From contig JBDREC010000006.1 in NCBI GenBank assembly GCA_043820105.1, positions 1 to 60,968 of the forward strand: a stretch of DNA of 60,968 nt. The letters are read 5' to 3'. This document shows, one piece after another, positions 18,636 to 28,269 of the stretch (the stretch's first letter is position 1; every line of letters starts with the position of its first letter). Position numbers and translations under genes: made by a program. The notes beneath the pieces are model-generated. The model worked only from the letters and a program-made list of their open reading frames with translations. It searched no databases and had not been told where the DNA came from. The DNA comes from Pseudomonadota bacterium. GTDB taxonomy: Bacteria > Bdellovibrionota_F > JAHFAK01 > JBDREC01.

Positions 18636-19427
18636 TTATTTCTTTATATTGTTCTTTATAATATCAATCGCTAGTTTAGAAAGCTCATCATTTATTCCAA
18701 AAGCTGAAAATATTAGCTCTGTAGATATTTCATTCATTTTTTTCTTTTCTTTTTTGGAAGCAGTATTTTTCTGAAAGTAGTTATTTCTTAAATAAAGCTG
18801 ACCCTCTGGAAACATCTTGGTTATAAGAATATGATTCATCATTGGAAAATTAAAAGAATCGAGCCAGTGCTTTTTAAAAGTATCATCACTTTCAGGATTG
18901 TTTTTTAAAATATATCTTTCTTTTATTCCTGACTTATCAATCGTGTTTAAAGCAAACTTAGCACCATTTTCAAGTGGTTTAATAATAACATCAGAGATAG
19001 GGGTTTTAATTAAGCTATCTATGCCTTTATTTAGTTTTACAGGTTCACTTAGAAGATATCCGGGATCTAGCAAATATTGACCATCATTGAGTTCCACAAT
19101 AATAGCACAGTGAGTATTATTTCCATATGATCTATCTGCCATTACTCTATAACATTGAAAATGCATTGAACTCAAAAGATCGTAAAGATAGTTTGTTAAT
19201 GAAAAACAAGTTCCACCTGCCCCCAGGTTTGTGTAATCACTTATTATCTCATCACCATACCTTAAATAATCTTCATTCTTGTTTTCCTGGTACTGGCTAA
19301 ATTTAACAATCTTGGTAATATTTTCATAGGGAATATTAGAAAATGCATTTAGAATTAATTTTACAAACTCAATGTCTGCTTTACTTTCACGGATATTAAA
19401 CAATTTTAAAAATTCTTTTTTCACCAA
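18636..19427 (-). CDS. arylamine N-acetyltransferase family protein
   Basis: IPYENI, GGTCF (Cys), THCA (His), LLDPG (Asp) catalytic triad. Confidence 0.85.
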   Translation of the reverse strand: MVKKEFLKLFNIRESKADIEFVKLILNAFSNIPYENITKIVKFSQYQENKNEDYLRYGDEIISDYTNLGAGGTCFSLTNYLYDLLSSMHFQCYRVMADRSYGNNTHCAIIVELNDGQYLLDPGYLLSEPVKLNKGIDSLIKTPISDVIIKPLENGAKFALNTIDKSGIKERYILKNNPESDDTFKKHWLDSFNFPMMNHILITKMFPEGQLYLRNNYFQKNTASKKEKKKMNEISTELIFSAFGINDELSKLAIDIIKNNIKK

Positions 19428-19440
19428 TAAACCTTTCTTT

Positions 19441-19580
19441 TACCACTTACCACTTACCACTTACCACTTACCACTTACCACTTACCACTTACCACTTACC
19501 ACTTATCACTTACCACTTACCACTTACCACTTACCACTTACCACTTACCACTTACCACTTACCACTTATCACTTACCACT
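19441..19580. repeat. (TACCACT)x20 tandem array
   Basis: 20 consecutive heptamers; copies 10 and 19 read TATCACT. Confidence 0.97.
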
Positions 19581-19586
19581 TACAAA

Positions 19587-20810
19587 TTACAACACCAATT
19601 TAGCAAAATTCTTCTTCCCAACCTTAATAACCATTCCATCTTTAGCTTCAATTTCTACTTGAACATCGCTTATTTTTTCACCATCAATTGATACAGCGTT
19701 TTGAGTGACAAGTCTTCTTGCCTCTCCATTTGATTTGGCAAAACCAATATCTGTTACAAGTTTAACGATCCATATTTTACCACCAGTGAGCTCACTTTCA
19801 GTTAGTCTATGCTCCTTCATTTCTTCTGGTAAATTACCTTTTGAAAATACTGATTCAAATTCATCTCTGGCGTTTTTTGCTGCTGCCTTATCAAAAAAAC
19901 GCTCAGTAATTATCATAGCTAAATCTTTTTTTACATTCATTGGATGAATCTCATTATTTTCAATTTCATTTTTCATTTTTTTTATTTCAGGAAGAGTAAG
20001 ATCTGTTAAGAGTTCATAGTAATTATACATTAGATCATCTGATATAGACATGATTTTTCCAAAAATATCTTTTGGACAGTCAGTAATGGCAATATAATTA
20101 TCAAGTGATTTTGACATTTTTTCAATGCCATCAAGGCCTACTAACAATGGATTTGTAATCACAATCTCTGGCACTTGGCCATATGCCTTTTGAATATCCC
20201 GGGTTAAAATAAAATTGAATTTTTGATCTGTTCCGCCAAGCTCAATATCAGCCTTTACAACTACTGAATCATAAGCTTGAGCTAGAGGATATAAAAACTC
20301 TTGAACTGAAATAGGTTTTTCAGCTTTATATCTTTTTTCAAAATCATCTCTTTCCATCATTCGTGCAACAGTATAATTAGAAGCAAGCTTTATTACATCA
20401 ACAAAATTCATTGGAGTTAACCATCGTGAATTATATTCAACCTCAGCCTTTTCAATATCCAGGATTTTTCCAACCTGATCAAAATATGTTTTTGCATTTT
20501 CCTTAATTGCCTCTTCTGTTAACATAGGCCTTGTTGTATCTTTACCAGAAGGATCACCAATCATGCCCGTAAAATCACCAATAATAAAAACAATTTGATG
20601 ACCAAGTTCCTGAAACTGTCTTAATTTATTTAATTGCACAGTATGTCCAAGATGAATATCAGGTCTTGAAGGATCACAACCTAGCTTAACACGAAGAGGG
20701 GTTTTGGTAGCAATAGATTTTTTTAATCTTACTTTAAACTCTTCTTCTTTAATAATTTCAACTGTACCCTTTGACAATAAATCATACTGATATTCAAAAT
20801 CCATGTTCAC
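19587..20810 (-). CDS. tyrS: tyrosine--tRNA ligase
   Basis: HLGH and KMSKS class I motifs, GGTDQ, C-terminal S4 domain. Confidence 0.97.
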   Translation of the reverse strand: MNMDFEYQYDLLSKGTVEIIKEEEFKVRLKKSIATKTPLRVKLGCDPSRPDIHLGHTVQLNKLRQFQELGHQIVFIIGDFTGMIGDPSGKDTTRPMLTEEAIKENAKTYFDQVGKILDIEKAEVEYNSRWLTPMNFVDVIKLASNYTVARMMERDDFEKRYKAEKPISVQEFLYPLAQAYDSVVVKADIELGGTDQKFNFILTRDIQKAYGQVPEIVITNPLLVGLDGIEKMSKSLDNYIAITDCPKDIFGKIMSISDDLMYNYYELLTDLTLPEIKKMKNEIENNEIHPMNVKKDLAMIITERFFDKAAAKNARDEFESVFSKGNLPEEMKEHRLTESELTGGKIWIVKLVTDIGFAKSNGEARRLVTQNAVSIDGEKISDVQVEIEAKDGMVIKVGKKNFAKLVL

Positions 20811-20886
20811 TACTAACTCCTTATTTTAAAGCTATTTGAAAGTTTGACATTAACATATTATTTTATAAAAGAAAGAAAATTATTTT

Positions 20887-20918
20887 AATTTTGAATCTTG
20901 AATTTTGAATCTTGAATT
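20887..20918. repeat. heptamer array (TTGAATY)n, reverse orientation of the AATTCAA family
   Basis: ttttgaatcttgaattttgaatcttgaatt. Confidence 0.7.
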
Positions 20919-20920
20919 AC

Positions 20921-21301
20921 TTATATGATTCCGCAGATAAGAACTAAAAGACCTAATGCAGCTCCAACACCACTACCAATTTTCATAAAAAGTGGAGGCT
21001 GTTTTTCAAAATAAGTCCAAAGATCTTTAATAATTTTAGGATAAACAATTCCTAAAACACCCCAAACTAACATATAAATACCTAAGAAAATTATAAAACC
21101 TTCAAGTGCAACTGAATCATAAAATGAAGATGCCAGAATATATGAACCTAAAATTGTTGAAAGCATTAATATTAGTTTATATAGAAATTCATTTTCTAAT
21201 AATTTTTCTGCTGTCACTTTTGCTTTTTCTGGCCAAATCACTGCAGGAAGACACTTAATGATCATCAGAATACCTAAAATAATTGTTAGTCCTTGTAACA
21301 T
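20921..21301 (-). CDS. small four-TM membrane protein
   Basis: GGAGG RBS before ATG 21301; four hydrophobic segments. Confidence 0.7.
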   Translation of the reverse strand: MLQGLTIILGILMIIKCLPAVIWPEKAKVTAEKLLENEFLYKLILMLSTILGSYILASSFYDSVALEGFIIFLGIYMLVWGVLGIVYPKIIKDLWTYFEKQPPLFMKIGSGVGAALGLLVLICGII

Positions 21302-21387
21302 ATGAAAACCTCCTAAATAATAATTATTTGAAATAGAAAAACAAAACAATATATTATAAAAAGGAAAAGGCAAGAAATATTAACATG

Positions 21388-22353
21388 TTACGCGTTGTGG
21401 CAAAAATATTGGTGTGTTTTGTTAAGTTCTTTTATATCGGGAAAACTTAAGGTGCAGTCTTCTATTGACCTCTCACATCTTGGCTGAAATGGGCAATTGT
21501 TTTTCATTCCCAATAAAGACGGGGGCATGCCTTCAATGGAGGAAAGTCTTTCTTTCTCTGCTTTATCAATACGTGGAACAGACTTTAAAAGCCCTTTTGT
21601 ATATGGATGCTGCGCTTCATTAAATATTTCATCACAGGTCCCTGTTTCAACGATTTTTCCAGCATACATAACAGCAATTCTGTCAGCCATAGAAGCCACT
21701 ACTCCAAGATCATGTGTAATAAAAATAATAGAAGTATTTATTTTTTCTTTTATTCTATTCATAAGTTTTAATATTTGTGCTTGAATAGTGACATCTAAAG
21801 CCGTGGTTGGTTCATCAGCTATTATTAAACTTGGTTCTGTAATAAGGGCCATTGCTATCATTACCCTTTGTCTCATTCCACCAGAGAACTGGTGTGGATA
21901 AGATTTTATACGGCTAGCAGGATCTGGAATTCCAACTAATTCTAAATATCCAAGAGCTTTTTCAAGCGCTTCTTTGCTTGAAAGCTGTTTGTGCAGCTTA
22001 ATGCCTTCAGTTACTTGAGTTTCAATTGTTAAAAATGGATTTAATGAGGTCATTGGATCCTGAAAAATAAAGGAAATATCATTACCCCTTATTTTACGTA
22101 ATTCTTTCTCTGACATTTTTGCTAAATCAACTCCATTAAATAATATTTCACCAGATTCAATTTTGGCAGGCGGCATCTTTAAAAGCTTTAGAATGGAGAG
22201 ATTACAAACACTTTTTCCTGAACCAGACTCACCAACAATTCCCAGGGTTTCGCCCTTTTTAAGGTAAAAAGAAACATCATCAACAGCTTTAACCACACCA
22301 TCTTTTGTATGAAAATAAGTTTTAAGATTTTTTACTTCAAGTAAATTTTCCAT
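21388..22353 (-). CDS. oppD: oligopeptide/dipeptide ABC transporter ATP-binding subunit
   Basis: [28 protein letters not shown] and C-terminal Cys motif; no partner subunits adjacent. Confidence 0.9.
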   Translation of the reverse strand: MENLLEVKNLKTYFHTKDGVVKAVDDVSFYLKKGETLGIVGESGSGKSVCNLSILKLLKMPPAKIESGEILFNGVDLAKMSEKELRKIRGNDISFIFQDPMTSLNPFLTIETQVTEGIKLHKQLSSKEALEKALGYLELVGIPDPASRIKSYPHQFSGGMRQRVMIAMALITEPSLIIADEPTTALDVTIQAQILKLMNRIKEKINTSIIFITHDLGVVASMADRIAVMYAGKIVETGTCDEIFNEAQHPYTKGLLKSVPRIDKAEKERLSSIEGMPPSLLGMKNNCPFQPRCERSIEDCTLSFPDIKELNKTHQYFCHNA

Positions 22354-22531
22354 TAGTCTCCATTGATTTATTATTTTCTAGAAGTTTAAATAATTAAGAA
22401 GAAAATTGCAATAGCTGAAAAGAATTCAATGGTCACCAGTTAAATTTTATACTGTTTGTATGTCAAGATAAACCAAGTCTTTCCTGGCGCTCTGGTGTTC
22501 TGGAGTCCTGGTGCACCATATCTAATCATCA

Positions 22532-23446
22532 TTATTTAGCCATGAGCTTATACATCACTGCTTTTTGACAGTGAAGTCTGTTTTCAGCTTGATCAATAAC
22601 AATTGACTGATCTGAATCAATAACTGAAGCAGAAACTTCATCACCTCTGTGAGCAGGCAGGCAATGCATAAAAATTGCATCGTTTTTGGCCATCTTCATA
22701 ACATTATCATTAACCTGATACGGCATAAATATTTCTTTTCTCTTTGCCTCTTCTTCTTCCATTCCCATTGAAGCCCAGACATCTGTATAGATTACATCAG
22801 AACAGCAAGCAGCTTCAATGTCATTTGTCAGTTCTAGCTTAGTTCCAAATTTTTCGCAATCTGTTAGAGCTAATTTAACAACATCTTCACTAGGTTCATA
22901 GCCTTTTGGAGTAATGATTGTAATATCCATGCCTACTTTTGGAGCTCCCAGCATAAGGGAATGAGCCATGTTATTTCCATCACCAATATAAGTGATTTTT
23001 AAGCCTTTTGTTTTGCCTTTAGCTTCTTTAATTGAAAAATAATCAGTCAACGCTTGACAAGGATGATTGTAATCAGAAAGGCCATTAATAACTGGACAAG
23101 TTCCATATTTTGCTAAATCAAGAATGGTTTGATGAGAATAAGTTCTTGCCATAATTCCATCAAGATATCTTGATAAAACTTTTGCTGTATCCTCAATTGT
23201 CTCCCCTCTTCCAAGCTGTAAATCATTTGGACTTAAGAAAAGAGCAACACCACCTAATTGAAAGATTCCAACTTCAAAGGAAACTCTTGTTCGTGTTGAT
23301 TTCTTCTCAAATATCATTCCAAGAGTAAGACCTTCACAGGATTTTCTATATTTACATGGGTTTTCTTTTATATCAAAAGATAAATCTATGAGTTCATTGA
23401 ACTCATCTTTTGAATAATCAGTTATTGTAATAAAATCTTTATGCAT
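22532..23446 (-). CDS. argF: ornithine carbamoyltransferase
   Basis: STRT, HPCQ, DVWASMG and HCLP motifs; GAGGAG RBS before ATG 23446. Confidence 0.96.
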   Translation of the reverse strand: MHKDFITITDYSKDEFNELIDLSFDIKENPCKYRKSCEGLTLGMIFEKKSTRTRVSFEVGIFQLGGVALFLSPNDLQLGRGETIEDTAKVLSRYLDGIMARTYSHQTILDLAKYGTCPVINGLSDYNHPCQALTDYFSIKEAKGKTKGLKITYIGDGNNMAHSLMLGAPKVGMDITIITPKGYEPSEDVVKLALTDCEKFGTKLELTNDIEAACCSDVIYTDVWASMGMEEEEAKRKEIFMPYQVNDNVMKMAKNDAIFMHCLPAHRGDEVSASVIDSDQSIVIDQAENRLHCQKAVMYKLMAK

Positions 23447-23450
23447 ATTT

Positions 23451-24785
23451 TTACTCCTCATCCTTGACGTTCTTAAAAAAATTCACAAGTGCATCTGTTA
23501 AATTAGGATTTCCAATCTCCTGCAAGGAATATTCAACTTTTACTGCTTCTTTTTTAATTTTAATGAGCTTACTTAAATCAATTGGTGTGGCAATTACCAC
23601 AAGCTCACATTCAGTTTTGTTTATTGCTGTTTCCAGGTCTTTGATTTGTTCATCTGAATAGCCCATTGCAGGAAGTAAAGTTCCAATATAAGGATAGTTT
23701 TCATAAGTCTCAGCCATTGTGCCACTAACATAAGGTCTAGGATCAACAAATGCTTTTGCTCCATATTTTTTAGCAGCAACAACCCCAGCTCCATATTGCA
23801 TTTCACCATGAGTCAGAGTTGGGCCATCTTCCACAACTAAAACTTTTTTGCCTTTAATTTTTTCAAACCCTTTAACAGTTAAAGGAGAGGCTGCGTCAAC
23901 AACTATTGCATTAGGATTAATTGCTTCAATGTTTTTTCTAACCTCATTGATGCCTTCCATTCCCGCTGAATCGATTTTATTAATAACTACTACATCTGCT
24001 CTTCTTAAGTTTGTTTCACCAGGATAATATTTAAGCTCATGGCCTGGTCTGTGAGGATCAACCACAACGATTTCTAAATCTGGCTTATAAAAAGGCATGT
24101 CATTGTTTCCGCCATCCCATAAAATAACATCTGCTTCTTTTTCTGCTTCTTTGATAATTGTATCATAATCAACACCTGCATAAATTATTGTACCAGTCTT
24201 AATATGTGGCTCATATTCTTCTCTTTCTTCTATGGTACATTTGTACTTATCCAAATCTGCCAAGGTAGCATATCTTTGGCACTTTTGGGCTTCTAGATCA
24301 CCATATGGCATTGGGTGTCTAATAGCTACAACCTTTTTACCCATCTCTTTTAATATTTCAGCAACTTTTCGGGTTGTTTGACTTTTTCCACAACCTGTAC
24401 GAGTTGCACAAATTGAAATAACAGGTTTTATACTTTTGATCATTGTTTTTTCAGCTGACATCAATCTAAAATCAGCACCAGTTGCTATAATTTGTGATGC
24501 TTTATGCATTACATATTCATGCTTAACATCACTATAGGAAAAAACAACCTGATCTACCTTGAATTTTTCAATTAAGTCCATTAAATCTTCTTCAGGGCAA
24601 ATTTGAATGCCATCAGGATATAATGAACCAGCCAAAGATGCTGGATATTTTCTGTCATCAATTCCAGGAATCTGAGTTGCAGTAAAGGCAACTATTTCAT
24701 ATTGAGCATTGTTTCTAAAAAATGTGTTAAAATTATGGAAATCTCTACCTGCTGCCCCCATAATTATTACTTTAATCTTATCCAT
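23451..24785 (-). CDS. cDPG-synthetase-like P-loop protein, probable arginine synthetase (ArcE-like)
   Basis: GAAGRDFHNFN, RTGCGKSQT, RHPMPYG, EEREEYE, WDGGNND, EDGPT motifs; coupled to the OTC gene. Confidence 0.8.
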   Translation of the reverse strand: MDKIKVIIMGAAGRDFHNFNTFFRNNAQYEIVAFTATQIPGIDDRKYPASLAGSLYPDGIQICPEEDLMDLIEKFKVDQVVFSYSDVKHEYVMHKASQIIATGADFRLMSAEKTMIKSIKPVISICATRTGCGKSQTTRKVAEILKEMGKKVVAIRHPMPYGDLEAQKCQRYATLADLDKYKCTIEEREEYEPHIKTGTIIYAGVDYDTIIKEAEKEADVILWDGGNNDMPFYKPDLEIVVVDPHRPGHELKYYPGETNLRRADVVVINKIDSAGMEGINEVRKNIEAINPNAIVVDAASPLTVKGFEKIKGKKVLVVEDGPTLTHGEMQYGAGVVAAKKYGAKAFVDPRPYVSGTMAETYENYPYIGTLLPAMGYSDEQIKDLETAINKTECELVVIATPIDLSKLIKIKKEAVKVEYSLQEIGNPNLTDALVNFFKNVKDEE

Positions 24786-24969
24786 GAAATACCTCCAAAA
24801 ATCTTATGATTTTAAGTTATTAGATTATGTCTTAAATTTGCACTTTAATAAATTTTTATTTATTCAATAATGCTGAATACAATAATTATGCTAGGTCATG
24901 TTTAAATAGTAGTGAAGTGTGAAATACTGCATTTTGATGCCTTGATATTAATATTTCAAGTTGATAGTG

Positions 24970-25139
24970 CTTATAAAGAAAAAATAGAACAATGGCAAGG
25001 AAAAAAATATAAGGAGAACAAGATCACAGGGGAACAAGGGAACAAGAGATACAGAGGATTGAAAAAAGTATCTCAAGAAAACTATTTTCTAGGCATAGTA
25101 TTAAACTTGAAACGAATGGTAGTAATAGCCACCATTTAA
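24970..25139 (+). pseudogene. C-terminal remnant of a DDE transposase (IS1182/IS5-like)
   Basis: KIEQWQG ... RYRGLKKVSQENYFLGIVLNLKRMV matches the C-terminal signature of these transposases; interrupted by GGGAACAA-type repeats. Confidence 0.55.
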
Positions 25140-25143
25140 ATAA

Positions 25144-25168
25144 GGAGGGGACAAGCCCCTCCACTACA
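25144..25168. repeat. REP-like GC hairpin
   Basis: GGAGGGG-ACAAG-CCCCTCC followed by ACTAC (GTAG on the minus strand). Confidence 0.5.
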
Positions 25169-25454
25169 GAAGACATTAAAACAAACCAACTCGTATGAGA
25201 GGTTTATAAAAACAATCTCTAGAAGGAAGCAATGCCTCAGCTACGGGTTCAAGAGAAGCATGGAATTAACTATCACTTGCCCAAAGAGTTGAAGCAGCAC
25301 GAGAGGGAATATTAGAACCAAAAGGAAAGGCAAGTGATCCAGCTGATATCTTAGCAAGAAAAGCAGGAAAAGTGACCAAAAAATAAAACTAAATTTATAT
25401 TTACAATTTGAAAATTGTCTATATATAGTTGGTTCAAATTTTAATCATTAAATT

Positions 25455-25940
25455 GTGTTTTTTTTCGGATATTATATTTTGAACCCATATAAAATAAAAA
25501 AAGCTAATAGCTCAAACATTATTGATCTTTTAAATATTGAAAAACGTTGTTTTTTAAAAAGGCAGAGATCTACCACGTCTTCTATGAAATATAGTCTAAA
25601 AAGCAAACGCCAGTCTGTATGGTTTGCTTACCTAAAAGATAAGAATAATAAAAGCACTATTGCTGGAGCCCTTATATTAAGACATAACAATCTATCTATA
25701 AGAATTTTTTCTATTGCAATTCTACCCGAATTTCAAAACCTTGGGCTTGGAAGTATTTTGCTTAATTTTGCTGAAAATATTGCTATTAAAGAAAAAAAAT
25801 CTTTTATCTATTTAGAGGCTTCAAAAAACAATAAAAAACTAATCCAATGGTATAAAAACAAAGGCTTTAAAACTTTTAAAATATTAAAAGATTATTATGA
25901 AACAAATTATGATGCTTTACAGATGAAAAAAATATTATAA
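25455..25940 (+). CDS. GNAT N-acetyltransferase
   Basis: IAILPEFQNLGLGSILL acetyl-CoA motif; WYKNKGF; DYY. Confidence 0.88.
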   Translation: MFFFGYYILNPYKIKKANSSNIIDLLNIEKRCFLKRQRSTTSSMKYSLKSKRQSVWFAYLKDKNNKSTIAGALILRHNNLSIRIFSIAILPEFQNLGLGSILLNFAENIAIKEKKSFIYLEASKNNKKLIQWYKNKGFKTFKILKDYYETNYDALQMKKIL

Positions 25941-25959
25941 AGGAGGTTGAGTTTATTAA

Positions 25960-27420
25960 ATGACAACACAGAATTTCATTATTGTCGATAATCCCACAAA
26001 ATTTGATTTAGATATTACTTCTACAATTATAATTTCCGCAAAAGATTATCTTCTTGATCAAAAATATTCTGAAATCAGGAATGCCAGGATATTCAATCTA
26101 TGTCGCTCTTATAAATATCAAAAAATCGGATACTATGTCTCATTAATAGCCGAAGCCAGAGGGCATAGTGCAATTCCAAGTGTTACAACAATTCAAGATT
26201 TTTCATTCCAATCCATTATAAGAATAGTTACTGATGAACTTGATGAAATAATTCAAAAAAGTTTTAATAAAATTATTGAGAAAGAATATATACTGTATGT
26301 CTATTTTGGTCAAACGGTTAGAAAAGAATTCGAAAAATTAGGGAAACAAATATACCAACTTTTTCAAGCACCATTTATTAAAGTAAATTTCGCATATAAT
26401 AAGAAATGGTATATTCAACAGATTTACCCTATTACCTTCAATGCAATCATAGAAGAACATAAAGATATTATTTCCCAATTCGCTAATAATTACTTTTCTA
26501 AGAAACGATTCCCAAAATTTAAAATTCAACAATATTTATATGATATAGCTATATTGGTTAATCCAGATGAAGAATCACCTCCTTCTTGTCCTAAAGCATT
26601 GAAATACTTTGAAGACGCTGCATATGAATTAGACTGCTATCCTGAGTTTATTAAAAAAGAAGACTTTAACAGATTAAATGAATTTGATGTGTTATTTATT
26701 AGAGAAACTACCTCCGTAAATCATCATACTTATAAATTTTCCAGAAGGGCCTTTGCTGAAGGTCTTGTAGTAATAGACGATCCTTGGTCTATCTTAAGAT
26801 GTTCAAATAAAATATATTTAAAAGAATTATTATCAAAAGGAAAAATATTAACTCCCAAAACATTTATTTTTAACAAAGATAGTTTAAAATTATATGCAAA
26901 TGATATTAACTTCCCTTGTGTACTTAAACAACCTGACAGCAGCTTTTCAAGAGGTGTAACTAAAATAGAAAATTGGGATAATTTAATTTCAGAAACAGAT
27001 AGACTTTTTATAAACACTGATCTTGTTATTTTGCAAGATTTTGTACCTTCTGACTTTGACTGGAGAATAATTATTCTGGATAAAAAACCACTGCTGGCCT
27101 GTAAATATTATATGGCTAAGAATCATTGGCAAATATATAACTGGAAAAAAAGAGGCGCTTATAGTTATGGAAATTCAGAAGCAATACCCTTATATTTAGT
27201 TCCTGATAAAATTTTAAAAACTGCATTAAAAGCTGCTAATTTAATTGGAGATGGCTTCTATGGAGTTGATTTAAAACAAATAAATGGAGAACCCTTAGTT
27301 ATAGAAATAAATGACAATCCAAGCATTGAAGCTGGATATGAAGATAAACTATTAAAAAAAGATTTATATTTGACAATAATAAAATACTTCATTTCAAAAA
27401 TTCAGCAGATAAGAATTTAG
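25960..27420 (+). CDS. RimK-family ATP-grasp ligase with N-terminal RLAN domain
   Basis: NLCRSYKY...GYYVSLIAEARGH N-terminal domain; PDSSFSRGV, DWR, GVDLK, EINDNP. Confidence 0.92.
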   Translation: MTTQNFIIVDNPTKFDLDITSTIIISAKDYLLDQKYSEIRNARIFNLCRSYKYQKIGYYVSLIAEARGHSAIPSVTTIQDFSFQSIIRIVTDELDEIIQKSFNKIIEKEYILYVYFGQTVRKEFEKLGKQIYQLFQAPFIKVNFAYNKKWYIQQIYPITFNAIIEEHKDIISQFANNYFSKKRFPKFKIQQYLYDIAILVNPDEESPPSCPKALKYFEDAAYELDCYPEFIKKEDFNRLNEFDVLFIRETTSVNHHTYKFSRRAFAEGLVVIDDPWSILRCSNKIYLKELLSKGKILTPKTFIFNKDSLKLYANDINFPCVLKQPDSSFSRGVTKIENWDNLISETDRLFINTDLVILQDFVPSDFDWRIIILDKKPLLACKYYMAKNHWQIYNWKKRGAYSYGNSEAIPLYLVPDKILKTALKAANLIGDGFYGVDLKQINGEPLVIEINDNPSIEAGYEDKLLKKDLYLTIIKYFISKIQQIRI

Positions 27421-27425
27421 TAAGT

Positions 27426-27498
27426 GCCAAGATAGCTCAGTTGGTAGAGCAGCTGATTCGTAATCAGCAGGCCGGCGGTTCGATTCCGCTTCTTGGCT
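27426..27498 (+). tRNA. tRNA-Thr(CGT)
   Basis: GCCAAGA/TCTTGGC acceptor, CTGA-ttCGTaa-TCAG anticodon arm, GGTTCGATTCC. Confidence 0.96.
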
Positions 27499-27529
27499 TT
27501 TTTTGTTTTTTTATTATAAAAGCGAAATG

Positions 27530-28264
27530 CTAATTATTCCACCCAAAGAATTCATTGATAACTGGATTGTTTTGGGCTTCTGCTTCGAATAAACCACCAC
27601 AGAAAATGCATTTTCCATCTTTCAGATATGCTATCCTGTCTGCTATTCTTTTTATTGATTCAAGTTCATGGGTAACAATCACCATGGTTATGCCAAGATT
27701 TGCTTTTAAGTTAAGAATAAGTTCATCTAAACTTCTAAGAGTAATTGGATCAAGCCCAGCTGCTGGCTCATCAAAAAAAAGAATCTCAGGTTCAAGAGCA
27801 ATTGAACGTGCCAAAGCTGCCCTCTTTTTCATACCACCTGAAAGTTCAGAGGGTAGTAAATTATAAGCATGTGACATATTAACAAGGGATAACTTCTGTT
27901 TAACAAGCTCTTTAATTATATTTAATGGCAGATCAGTGTGTTGCTCAAGTGGTATTGAAACATTTTGCCATATAGACTGTGAATTAATTAAAGCTCCCTG
28001 TTGAAAAAGCATGCCTACTCTTTTAAGTACTTCATCAAATGCATCAGCTTCCAATCCAATTATACTTTTCCCAAATATCTTTATATCCCCGGCTGCTGGT
28101 TTAATAAGGCCAATTAGATTTTTTAAGAGTGTTGTTTTGCCACAACCAGAGCCCCCAAGAATCACAAAAATCTCTCCTTCTTGTATAGCTAAGGAAACAT
28201 TGTCCAAAATAACTTTATCATTATATTTTGATACGAGATTATTTACTTCAATTATATTTTTCAT
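27530..28264 (-). CDS. mlaF: MlaF-type ABC ATPase
   Basis: GGSGCGKT, LSGGMKKR, DEPAAGLDP; last gene of the MCE operon. Confidence 0.88.
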   Translation of the reverse strand: MKNIIEVNNLVSKYNDKVILDNVSLAIQEGEIFVILGGSGCGKTTLLKNLIGLIKPAAGDIKIFGKSIIGLEADAFDEVLKRVGMLFQQGALINSQSIWQNVSIPLEQHTDLPLNIIKELVKQKLSLVNMSHAYNLLPSELSGGMKKRAALARSIALEPEILFFDEPAAGLDPITLRSLDELILNLKANLGITMVIVTHELESIKRIADRIAYLKDGKCIFCGGLFEAEAQNNPVINEFFGWNN

Positions 28265-28269
28265 ATTTA

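Noticed and set aside
19372-19662. ORF with LPLTTYH repeats
   Set aside because: It is a translation of the heptamer array, antisense to two real genes.
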